From assembly GCA_964343135.1 (NCBI GenBank), contig CAYFGR010000004.1, positions 1 to 39,060 on the forward strand: a stretch of 39,060 nt of DNA, given 5' to 3'. The DNA comes from an uncultured Dehalococcoidales bacterium. GTDB lineage: Bacteria > Chloroflexota > Dehalococcoidia > Dehalococcoidales > JAUYDJ01. The position numbers were made by a program, and so were the translations under genes. A model generated the notes under the pieces. The model worked only from the letters and a program-made list of their open reading frames with translations, did not search any database and was not told the DNA's origin. Position 1 is the first letter of the stretch. Each line of letters begins with the position of its first letter. Positions 28,536-36,757 of the stretch are shown here, piece by piece.

Positions 28536-29407
28536 TATTCACCACGTCCTAATTGATTTAAAGCTCTCCTGGTTAAAACATACGCCATTTCAGTACGGTA
28601 TTCCGCCGTCGCTCGGACGTCGGTAATCGGACAACACTGTTCCCTAACCAGATGAGCGGCTCGGGTTATGTTCTCCTCATTGACGGCGTAACCGGTTAAT
28701 GCGTCTTCAACCCGGTTTACTCTGATTGGCGTAGGCGCCACGGCACCCAAGGCTACCCTGACCTCCGTAAATTTACCTTCCTTCACATTGACAAAGGCGG
28801 CTACCGAAGCTACGGAAAGGGTAAAAGCCTTACGCCGGCCAAACTTGATGAAAGTAGACGAGCCCTCATGCAGGGGGATAATAATTTCAGTCAATATCTC
28901 ATCCGGTTTAACAATTGTTTGCTCGGGACCCACGAGAAATTGACTGACAGCAACGATCCTTTCCGCGTCCGCACTCTGTAACTTCACGGATGCATCGAGA
29001 ACCAGCAGCGCCGGAGCAGTGTCGGCGGCGGGAGAGGCATTACATATGTTACCCGCAACTGTAGCCCGGTTCCGGAGTTGTGACGCCGCCAGAACATGAA
29101 TTGCTTTAGCGAGCGCCGTCACCTTTTCCTTTACAACTGACGATACCTCAATATCAGCCAGTCTGGTTAGTCCTCCGATACGAAGGTTATTATCAACTAA
29201 TTCGATAAACGATAATTCGGCAATATTGTTTAAATCGATGATTACTTCGGGGGAGACCGTCCGTTTTTTCATTTTTAGTAGCAGGTCGGTGCCCCCGGCG
29301 AGTAATCTCGCCGTTCCCTGATGCTCTTTGACCAGCTCAAGCGCTTCCGCCAGTGAAGATGGCGCATAATAGCTGAAATTTTGTATCGGTCTTAGTTCAG
29401 TTATCAT
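28535..29407 (-). CDS. Xanthine dehydrogenase family FAD-binding medium subunit
   Basis: AGGTDL, RNRATVAGNICNASPAAD, GAVAPTP, DVRATAEYR. Confidence 0.94.
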   Translation of the reverse strand: MITELRPIQNFSYYAPSSLAEALELVKEHQGTARLLAGGTDLLLKMKKRTVSPEVIIDLNNIAELSFIELVDNNLRIGGLTRLADIEVSSVVKEKVTALAKAIHVLAASQLRNRATVAGNICNASPAADTAPALLVLDASVKLQSADAERIVAVSQFLVGPEQTIVKPDEILTEIIIPLHEGSSTFIKFGRRKAFTLSVASVAAFVNVKEGKFTEVRVALGAVAPTPIRVNRVEDALTGYAVNEENITRAAHLVREQCCPITDVRATAEYRTEMAYVLTRRALNQLGRGE

Positions 29408-31724
29408 TATTTTTTTCCTTTATCGCGAAACAGATTTTTTCTCTATCTAACGGTATCTCATTAAACCTGATTCCCGTGGCATTATGTATTGCGTGGATAA
29501 TTGCCGAAGGCGTTGATATTAAGGCAATCTCTCCGACCCCCTTTACGCCAAAGGCGGAGTACTTGTACTCGTCTTCCACACTGGTGACCGGCGCCATTAC
29601 TGGCTTATCTTTTATTGTTGGTATCAGGTAATCAGTATAGGATGGATTAAGAATCCGGCCGCCTTCTCTCTGAACAAACTCAGTGAGGGTGAACCCCATC
29701 CCCATCACGCCGCAGCCGTAAGCTTGACCCCGGACAATCTCGGGCTGAACTATTTTTCCCGCGGCAACCCCGGGATACATTTTCAGAACGTCCACTTCTC
29801 CTGTCTCAATATCCACATCCACCTCAACAAAAGTGCAACCGAAGGTATAGGCGGCGTAAGGATCACCTTGTCCTGTCTCGGGGTCAGGGTAACCTCTTCG
29901 CGCCAGTATAAAGCCGAATTCGGCGGGGGAATATCCCCTCATGTACATCTCGAAGGCAAGGATCTGGAAATTTATTTTGGTGGAATTATTGTTGATATTA
30001 AAGGCTTTGCCATCCTCGATTGCTACTTCTTCAACTTTGCAATTGAGTAAATCGGCGGCTACTCGGTTGAGGTTTCTTCTCAGCTTTAAAGCAGCGTCCG
30101 CCGCTGCCGTGCCGCCAATGAAGGTACCCCGCTGACCATGTGTCTCGCCGCTGTCTGGCATTTTACTGGTGTCATTTATCTCAGTCCGTATCCATTCGAA
30201 CGGAATTCCCAATATTTCCGCCACCATCATGACATGAGAGGTAATTGTCCCCTGGCCTAACTCCACGATGCCGGTGGCATAGGTGACACTACCGTCACTA
30301 TTGATGATTACTGAAGCACCGGCCCAGTCTTTCTTAAATCCGGTAGTACCGCAGGCGTGCCAACTGAGCCCAACACCAATACCCCTCCGCTTGCTACCTG
30401 ATTTATAGTTCTGGCATTCGGCTCTCTTTTTTGTCCATTCCACATTTTGCGCCATTGTAGCGAGCAGTTCTTTAATGCCTACTGAGTGGTCTAAAAGCTG
30501 GTTTGTGCCCGTCCTTGAGCCGGGAACCAGGGCATTTTGAAGTCGGAATTCTACGGGGTCAATCTTCAGCTCTTCAGCCAGTATGTTCATTTGAGATTCA
30601 GCGGCGAAGAGCATCTGTGGATTCCCAAAGCCATTATAAGCTGAATTAGGCAGGTTATTAGTGTAGACGGATTTACCTCTAATCTTGACGTTAGGCACCT
30701 CGTAGACACCGGTTGCATGATAGGCAGCTCTTTTCATTATACCCAGAGTCTGTGTTGAGTATCCCCCCGCCTCAACAGTATAATCGACCTCGATTGCCTT
30801 CAGCTTGCCATCTTTCGTGGTACCGGTCTTGTATTTAATATCGAAGAGAGACCGATTATAGCGATAGGCAGCTGACTCATGCCTGGTAAAAATCATCATT
30901 ACCGGCTTGCCAAGACGGACGGCTGCCACTGCCGGTAAAGCACAGATTATGGGACCGTAGGCATCCTTGCCGCCGAAACCACCGCCCAGCGGCGGAGTAA
31001 TTATGGTAACGGCGGATTCTTCCCAGCCTAGAATTGCCGCGACATTGGATTTAGTCCGGAACGGGTTCTGGGTAGTCCCGATAATGGTGACCCGACGGTG
31101 ACCGGTGGGGATGGCAATGGCGGCCTCCGTCTCCAGATAGGCGTGATCCTGAGAGCCGGTATGATAGGTTCTCTCTATAATCACATCGCACTCTTTAAAG
31201 GCTTTGTCGGTATCTCCTTTAGTGATTTTTACCGTTCCCGCGATATTTCCCTCTTTATGTATTTTAATATCACTGTTTACGGCTTCTTCAGGGTTAAAAA
31301 TTGCCGGTAATTCCTGATAGTCAACCTTGAGCGCATCAACACCTTGCCAGACAGCCTTTTCATCTTTTGCCACGATTAAAGCTACGATATTCCCGATGTA
31401 TCTTGCCTTATCTGTGATTAACGGCTGGTCCGGCAGCATATATACCACTTTGTTAATACCCGGTATGTCCTCACTTGTCAGCACTGCCACAACGCCGGGT
31501 ATGCAAAGGGCTGATTCCTTATCAACTCGCTTTACAATGGCGTGGGGATAAGGGCTTCTGACCACTTTTGCCACCAGAGCCTTATCAATCACGTAATCAG
31601 CCGTATATTGCATCATGCCGGTAACTTTATCTACGGCATCGACCCGCTTGACATTAGTTCCGACAACGGTGTAACTGGAACGGTGCAATACCTTCTTTAT
31701 TTCCTCAAGATACTCGATGTGCAT
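29397..31724 (-). CDS. Xanthine dehydrogenase family molybdopterin-binding large subunit
   Basis: RSPYPHA, QDHAYLE, GGGFGGK, AYNGFG, ELGQG, KGVGE; RBS GGAGGAG. Confidence 0.94.
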   Translation of the reverse strand: MHIEYLEEIKKVLHRSSYTVVGTNVKRVDAVDKVTGMMQYTADYVIDKALVAKVVRSPYPHAIVKRVDKESALCIPGVVAVLTSEDIPGINKVVYMLPDQPLITDKARYIGNIVALIVAKDEKAVWQGVDALKVDYQELPAIFNPEEAVNSDIKIHKEGNIAGTVKITKGDTDKAFKECDVIIERTYHTGSQDHAYLETEAAIAIPTGHRRVTIIGTTQNPFRTKSNVAAILGWEESAVTIITPPLGGGFGGKDAYGPIICALPAVAAVRLGKPVMMIFTRHESAAYRYNRSLFDIKYKTGTTKDGKLKAIEVDYTVEAGGYSTQTLGIMKRAAYHATGVYEVPNVKIRGKSVYTNNLPNSAYNGFGNPQMLFAAESQMNILAEELKIDPVEFRLQNALVPGSRTGTNQLLDHSVGIKELLATMAQNVEWTKKRAECQNYKSGSKRRGIGVGLSWHACGTTGFKKDWAGASVIINSDGSVTYATGIVELGQGTITSHVMMVAEILGIPFEWIRTEINDTSKMPDSGETHGQRGTFIGGTAAADAALKLRRNLNRVAADLLNCKVEEVAIEDGKAFNINNNSTKINFQILAFEMYMRGYSPAEFGFILARRGYPDPETGQGDPYAAYTFGCTFVEVDVDIETGEVDVLKMYPGVAAGKIVQPEIVRGQAYGCGVMGMGFTLTEFVQREGGRILNPSYTDYLIPTIKDKPVMAPVTSVEDEYKYSAFGVKGVGEIALISTPSAIIHAIHNATGIRFNEIPLDREKICFAIKEKNNDN

Positions 31725-31803
31725 CTTACTCCTCCAAGCAATGTCTTTAAATCCAGCAGCTGACTTTACCCTCTGTCTCGTCGTCTTCTTCTCAAACGGT
31801 AGT

Positions 31804-31832
31804 ATTATAACACGCTAGTGCCTTGCCGTCTA
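31804..31832 (-). promoter_or_regulatory. sigma70 promoter of the Mo-hydroxylase operon
   Basis: Minus strand TAGACG-17 bp-TATAAT with extended -10 TG. Confidence 0.6.
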
Positions 31833-32232
31833 ATAAATAATTGAATATAGCGATTCGATAAACAAACTCTCTATTAAGGACGAAAATACAGTAGAGATGA
31901 ACTCATCACTTATCATAATTTACCGTCCTTATGTCGATGAGCCGGGGACTACAGTTGAAAACAGATGGTAGTATGACGAAGGAGTACAGGGGGTCGGTTG
32001 CGTTGAAGGATAGTGAGGAGCTTTATTCTGATATGCCAGGTTGAAAGATACGGCAGGTGTGAGATATAGTTTGCCATTTGGAGGTCCAGATGGAATTGAG
32101 AAGGGACTGGAGTAATCATCCTAGGTATTGCTGGTGTTGTCGCCACCATTAATATTCTGGTAAGATAACCCATGCAAGTGACGACAGTCTGGAATCTGGC
32201 GATTTTGGACTGTAAGGTAAAGGTGATAGAAA

Positions 32233-33519
32233 ATGGTGGACTTAAGTCTGGAACTGGCGGGTGTGAAGCTGAAGAATCCACTTGTATGTGGTGCCGGTCC
32301 AAACACCAAGAACTTTCCCACAGCCGTCAGTTGCATAAAGGCTGGCTTTGGGGCTATCGTCGTCCGCAGCCTCCACCAGCAACATCTGAACGAATTGACA
32401 CCGCCATTTAGGGAATTCTGGCACATATACGGCGGCGGTAGAGACTTCACCAAATCACTGTATTCTTTTCAATCAACCGGGGCACCGGCGCGGCGCGTTA
32501 ACACCGGTGTTGCCCCCGGCTTCGGAGGTGCCGTACCGTTACCGGAGCGGGAAGAATGGGCTGAGGAAGTGCACAAGATAACACGCGTTGCCCAAAATTA
32601 CGGTTGTGCCGTAATCGCCAGCATTGGCTGGTGTGGCAGTAATCTATCCGATGAAGAACTATGGAAAGTAGAAGCTAGGTTGATGACCGAAATTGGCGTA
32701 GATGCTCTTCAGTTGCATACGGCACCCAGTCCTGCTACCGAACCCGGTAGATATATGACAATTGCCCCCCAAAAATACCTGGGGATGCCGATTAAAGCCG
32801 CCAAGGCGGTAAGTCACCTGCCGGTTTTTGTCAAACTTCCCGTTGATTGCTGCGATACGATTACCATGGCCAGTATTGCCCAAAAGGCAGGCGCCGATGG
32901 AGTAGTTCCGGTTACCCGTTGGGTATCGCTTCCGGTTGACATCAACCACGAGAGGGAACCAGTCTGGAGAGCCCCTGGTATTGGTGGCCCCTGGTCGGCA
33001 CCCATCATGAATGGTCTCGTTTTCCGTATGCGCCACGCCCCACAACCTATCGGCTATCTGTTTGGGGAATCAGCCGATCAGTTCCCGGAGGCGGTGCCGG
33101 TGACCGTACCCATTGTACCCTCCGGGGGAGTCAGGTCTGGTGCCGATGTAATCGGCTACATTGTCGCCGGTGCTAATGCTGCCGAGGTGTGCGCCCAGAT
33201 TATTATTGAAGGACCGGGCGTGGCTGGTCGTATCGTAAGAGAGATTAATGACTGGATGGCAGGGAAAGGCTACACGAAAATCGCTGATTTTCAGGGCATT
33301 CTAAGGCTATTGGAGCCAGCACGGGCAAAGGATATCCCCCAGTGGCTGCCCGTGGTGGACGAAAATTTGTGCAATGCCTGCATGGACTGCATCAGGGGGT
33401 GCTCGAACCAGGCAATCTCCCTGGTGGAACAGGTTGCCCACGTTAAAGAGACTCGCTGTGAAGGCTGTCGCAACTGCTACAACATCTGCCCTACCTACGC
33501 GATATCCCTCAAAGATTAG
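32233..33519 (+). CDS. Dihydroorotate/dihydropyrimidine dehydrogenase (PreA)-like FMN protein with C-terminal 2x[4Fe-4S]
   Basis: LKNPL..GAGP, PVFVKL, GADGV, SGGVRSGAD, AGANAAEV; CNACMDC..GC and CEGCRNC..ICP. Confidence 0.85.
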   Translation: MVDLSLELAGVKLKNPLVCGAGPNTKNFPTAVSCIKAGFGAIVVRSLHQQHLNELTPPFREFWHIYGGGRDFTKSLYSFQSTGAPARRVNTGVAPGFGGAVPLPEREEWAEEVHKITRVAQNYGCAVIASIGWCGSNLSDEELWKVEARLMTEIGVDALQLHTAPSPATEPGRYMTIAPQKYLGMPIKAAKAVSHLPVFVKLPVDCCDTITMASIAQKAGADGVVPVTRWVSLPVDINHEREPVWRAPGIGGPWSAPIMNGLVFRMRHAPQPIGYLFGESADQFPEAVPVTVPIVPSGGVRSGADVIGYIVAGANAAEVCAQIIIEGPGVAGRIVREINDWMAGKGYTKIADFQGILRLLEPARAKDIPQWLPVVDENLCNACMDCIRGCSNQAISLVEQVAHVKETRCEGCRNCYNICPTYAISLKD

Positions 33520-33595
33520 AATACGTTATTAGCCACCAGCCACATCTGGTGGGTGAGTTTAACAGGGAACTGAACAAGAAAGGAAGTAATTCAGC

Positions 33596-34537
33596 ATGAG
33601 ATTGGTGACTTTTGAGACTGCCACTAATGGCGAGAGGCTTGGCGCACAGGTGGGTGACCATATTATTGGCCTGGCATTGGGTAGCGAAGCTTACCAGACC
33701 GCGACCGGGGACAAAATCTCTGTATTTTCTTCTGACATGATGACATTTCTGGACCAGGGTGGTGCCGCCATAAGTGCTGCCCGAAAGGTGATAGAGTGGG
33801 TCAGCCGTCAGATGGAAAAGACCGGGAGAGTTACAACCGTCTCAGGTGACCCGGTATTCTACAATCTTGACCAGGTTCGTCTTCGTGCGCCCGTGCCCCG
33901 GCCACCCAAGATTTTGTGCCTCGCACTCAATTATCGGGCACATGCTGCCGAGGGTAAAATTGTTATGCCCGAGAAGCCTTATGTCTTCATAAAACCGGGC
34001 ATATGGCCCGTAATGGGGCCGAATGATAAGGTCATTCGTCCCACTAAGAGCCAGAACTTCCTTTATGAGGGTGAGCTTGCCGTTGTCATCGGCAAACGTT
34101 GCCGCCATGTGTCGAGCGAAAGAGCCTATGAGGTCATTGCCGGCTATACAGTTGTCAATGACATATCGGCGCGTGACCTGGGCAAGACGAATATACCAGG
34201 ACTGGTTGATTGGTTTCGAGCTAAAGCTTTCGATACATCGCTACCCATGGGACCCTGCTTAACCTTGAAGGATGAGATTGACGACCCTCATAATCTTCGG
34301 CTGACCGTACGCGTTAACGGGCAGACAGTGCAGGACGCGTCTACGTCCGAGATGGCCTTCTGGATTCCAGAGTTAATTGAGTTTATCTCCGAGTTTATTA
34401 CGCTCGACGCCGGTGATATTATTGCTACCGGTACACCGGGAGGTTCTACCACTGCCCTGAAGGCTGGAGACCGGGTGGAGGTGGAAATCACTAAAATAGG
34501 CGTACTGACCAGCATCATTGTCGATGAAGATAGATAG
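33596..34537 (+). CDS. Fumarylacetoacetate hydrolase family protein
   Basis: CLALNY, YEGEL, NDISARD, KAFDT..PMGP, GDIIATGTPGG. Confidence 0.92.
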   Translation: MRLVTFETATNGERLGAQVGDHIIGLALGSEAYQTATGDKISVFSSDMMTFLDQGGAAISAARKVIEWVSRQMEKTGRVTTVSGDPVFYNLDQVRLRAPVPRPPKILCLALNYRAHAAEGKIVMPEKPYVFIKPGIWPVMGPNDKVIRPTKSQNFLYEGELAVVIGKRCRHVSSERAYEVIAGYTVVNDISARDLGKTNIPGLVDWFRAKAFDTSLPMGPCLTLKDEIDDPHNLRLTVRVNGQTVQDASTSEMAFWIPELIEFISEFITLDAGDIIATGTPGGSTTALKAGDRVEVEITKIGVLTSIIVDEDR

Positions 34538-34654
34538 ATACATACATACGAGCGGAGATAGTCCATCAACCAACGCTACGCCGTAGTCTTCTTAAATCAT
34601 AGCCTTATAGCAAATAAGATTTATTTCAGAAAGTTAATAATTCTTACTTTAGTA

Positions 34655-34683
34655 TTGACACAAAGGGGAAAAAACATTATAAT
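34655..34683 (+). promoter_or_regulatory. Perfect-consensus sigma70 promoter of the TRAP operon
   Basis: TTGACA-17 bp-TATAAT. Confidence 0.75.
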
Positions 34684-35023
34684 CCGTCCTAGTTTAGGGC
34701 GTTTTATTTATGAAGTACTTGCGGTCGTGTAAAACAGGGTCGGGTGCGGTAAAGAATATACTGTTAAGTATTTTTAATGTTATATAGAACGAGAGAAGAC
34801 GTGTGGGGGTTTCGAATTAATCACGAGAAAGACTGAAGCGCCTTTTTTATGTTATGCTATAAATCCACTAATTTGTAGAGAATATATAAGCTGGTAGCAT
34901 ATGGAATAAGAAATAACGATGACTTCGATTATATATAATAGAAAGATAGAAAGGGGGTGATTTGCAGGATAATAGTAGGAATACTAACTAAAGCAGCAAA
35001 AATACCCAATAGGAGGGAGAGAG

Positions 35024-36136
35024 ATGAAGAGAAAGATAGTATTTTTCAGTTTAATTGCAGTACTTCTGGCATTACCTCTGGTGGCTTGTGCTGAGCCCAC
35101 ACCGGCTCCAGTGCCAGCACCGGCACCCAAACCAGCACCGGCACCCAAACCAGCTCCAGCACCGGCTAAAGCCAAGGCTGAAGCCCCGGCTGAAGTCATC
35201 ACCTTGACTATGGATACGGCTGCCGATGGGACATATGTAACCAATCCCTATCCGCGATTTCAAAAGTGGGTAGAGCAAGCAACTGGCGGACGGATAAAAA
35301 TTAAGACAACGGTAGAAATGCTCGATGACCCCATGATTGGTGCCGTTGAAGGACGGGTTGACATCGGCTACCAGCGGCAAGCCTGGAGCGCTGGGACCTT
35401 TCCTCTCTGGGACATCAGTACCTTCCCATTTTTCTGGAACGACTCACACGAATACGAGGCAGCCATGTGGGACCCGCGGCTTGTTTCAATATTTGATAAG
35501 TCATATGGGGAAGCTGGCCTGGTCAGGATGTTTGAAGGACCGTCTGGCGCCATGGAGATTATTTACAGTAATAAAAAATACCCGACGTTACAAAGTTTAC
35601 AGGGAGCAAAACTCAGGGCAGCCAGTATGACAATCGTGTGGTCCATGCAGATGGCAGGGCTCGCACCATTACGTATGCCCCCTTCCGAACTTATTGACGC
35701 CGTCAGGCTGGGCACGGTGGATGGTATTCATACCAACCGGGCTTACGGCATGGAAATAGGGCTTATCGACGTTGTCAAATATGGCAGCCTGTGGCCGTTC
35801 AGCTCAGATTTTATGCAGGTATTTATCATGAACAAGGACAAGTTTGATTCACTGCCTGCCGATCTGCAATCAATATTAAAGGATGTATTCCTTGAAATGA
35901 ACGGGCAATCATTTGTGGGGGGACACGAGGCCAGGCTTGTTGCGATAAGCGCCTTCAGGTCGACTAATGTAGAAATTATAACTCCTGAGAAGGCAGAAAT
36001 AGACAAAGTCGTATCACTGTTGGTACCCGGCCTCTTTGATAAGTGGGTTGAGAATGCCGGTCCGCAAGCGGCAGAAGTTCTGTCTATCTTGACCGAGTAT
36101 GCTACCGGACCCGCCGCTGTTGCGCTACGTAAGTAG
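35024..36136 (+). CDS. dctP: TRAP transporter substrate-binding lipoprotein (DctP-type) with Pro/Ala-rich tether
   Basis: Lipobox LVAC, PAPAPK repeats, TGGRIKI, QGAKLR, GTVDG, FDSLPADLQ; followed by dctQ and dctM. Confidence 0.88.
   Translation: MKRKIVFFSLIAVLLALPLVACAEPTPAPVPAPAPKPAPAPKPAPAPAKAKAEAPAEVITLTMDTAADGTYVTNPYPRFQKWVEQATGGRIKIKTTVEMLDDPMIGAVEGRVDIGYQRQAWSAGTFPLWDISTFPFFWNDSHEYEAAMWDPRLVSIFDKSYGEAGLVRMFEGPSGAMEIIYSNKKYPTLQSLQGAKLRAASMTIVWSMQMAGLAPLRMPPSELIDAVRLGTVDGIHTNRAYGMEIGLIDVVKYGSLWPFSSDFMQVFIMNKDKFDSLPADLQSILKDVFLEMNGQSFVGGHEARLVAISAFRSTNVEIITPEKAEIDKVVSLLVPGLFDKWVENAGPQAAEVLSILTEYATGPAAVALRK
35114..35167 (+). repeat. 18-bp tandem repeat encoding the PAPAPK linker
   Basis: CCAGCACCGGCACCCAAA twice plus a degenerate copy. 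Confidence 0.8.
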
Positions 36137-36146
36137 TATACTAGTG

Positions 36147-36218
36147 GCACAGGTAGCACAGGTAGCACAGGTAGCACAGGTAGCACAGGTAGCACAGGTA
36201 GCACAGGTAGCACAGGTA
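36147..36218 (+). repeat. Perfect 9-bp VNTR (GCACAGGTA)x8 between dctP and dctQ
   Basis: Eight exact copies, flanked by ACTAGT at 36140-36145 and 36220-36225. Confidence 0.97.
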
Positions 36219-36280
36219 AACTAGTAATAGGGGAAGCTAAGATTAAGCGATTAGGTCACGTCATTGAGGGTCTGGCCAGC

Positions 36281-36757
36281 ATGCTCGGCTATATCGCAGG
36301 GTGGTTGGTGCCAATTATGATGGTGCTCGTACTGGTGGAGGTATTCTCCAGGTATGTGGTGAACCGACCACTTATGGTGGCTGACGAGTTTGGCGCCTAC
36401 CTGTTGGTGGCTGTCTCCTACCTTGCGGCAGCCTACGCCTGGAAAGAAAAGGGGCATGTTCGTATCACTGTCCTGGTTAGTAGGCTGCCGCTAAGGATAT
36501 CAAACCGGTTAAGGCTGATAACCCTTTTGCTGGCGCTCATCGTTGCCATTGGACTAAGCCAGTCAGCTTACAGCTATCTGCAAACTTCCTTCAAATTAAA
36601 TATGGCATCCGGTTCATGGTTACACTTTCCCCTGCAGGGCCCCCATATGACCCTGATGATTGGCTTCGCCCTTCTGACCCTGATACTAGCGGTAGAGTTT
36701 ATCCGAGCCATAATGAATCTCCGTCGAGGTGAAAGAGTTGAGGAGGAGAGTAGATGA
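36281..36757 (+). CDS. dctQ: TRAP small permease (true start may be ATT 36242)
   Basis: EVFSRYV, ADEF..YL, GHVRIT; 4 TM segments. Confidence 0.88.
   Translation: MLGYIAGWLVPIMMVLVLVEVFSRYVVNRPLMVADEFGAYLLVAVSYLAAAYAWKEKGHVRITVLVSRLPLRISNRLRLITLLLALIVAIGLSQSAYSYLQTSFKLNMASGSWLHFPLQGPHMTLMIGFALLTLILAVEFIRAIMNLRRGERVEEESR

Noticed and set aside
29397-31724. Aerobic CO dehydrogenase CoxL
   Set aside because: Lacks the AYxCSFR and AYRGAGR active-site loops.
31833-31880. LysR-type T-N11-A box in the divergent promoter
   Set aside because: Only loose AT-rich matches with the wrong spacing, and no LysR gene nearby.
35743-36213. Minus-strand ORF starting with (LPV)n, and the many other antisense or overlapping ORFs in the track
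   Set aside because: Shadows of well-supported genes or of the VNTR, with no motifs or RBS.
36147-36218. Possible CRISPR array
   Set aside because: 9-bp head-to-tail repeats without spacers, and no cas genes; it is a VNTR.
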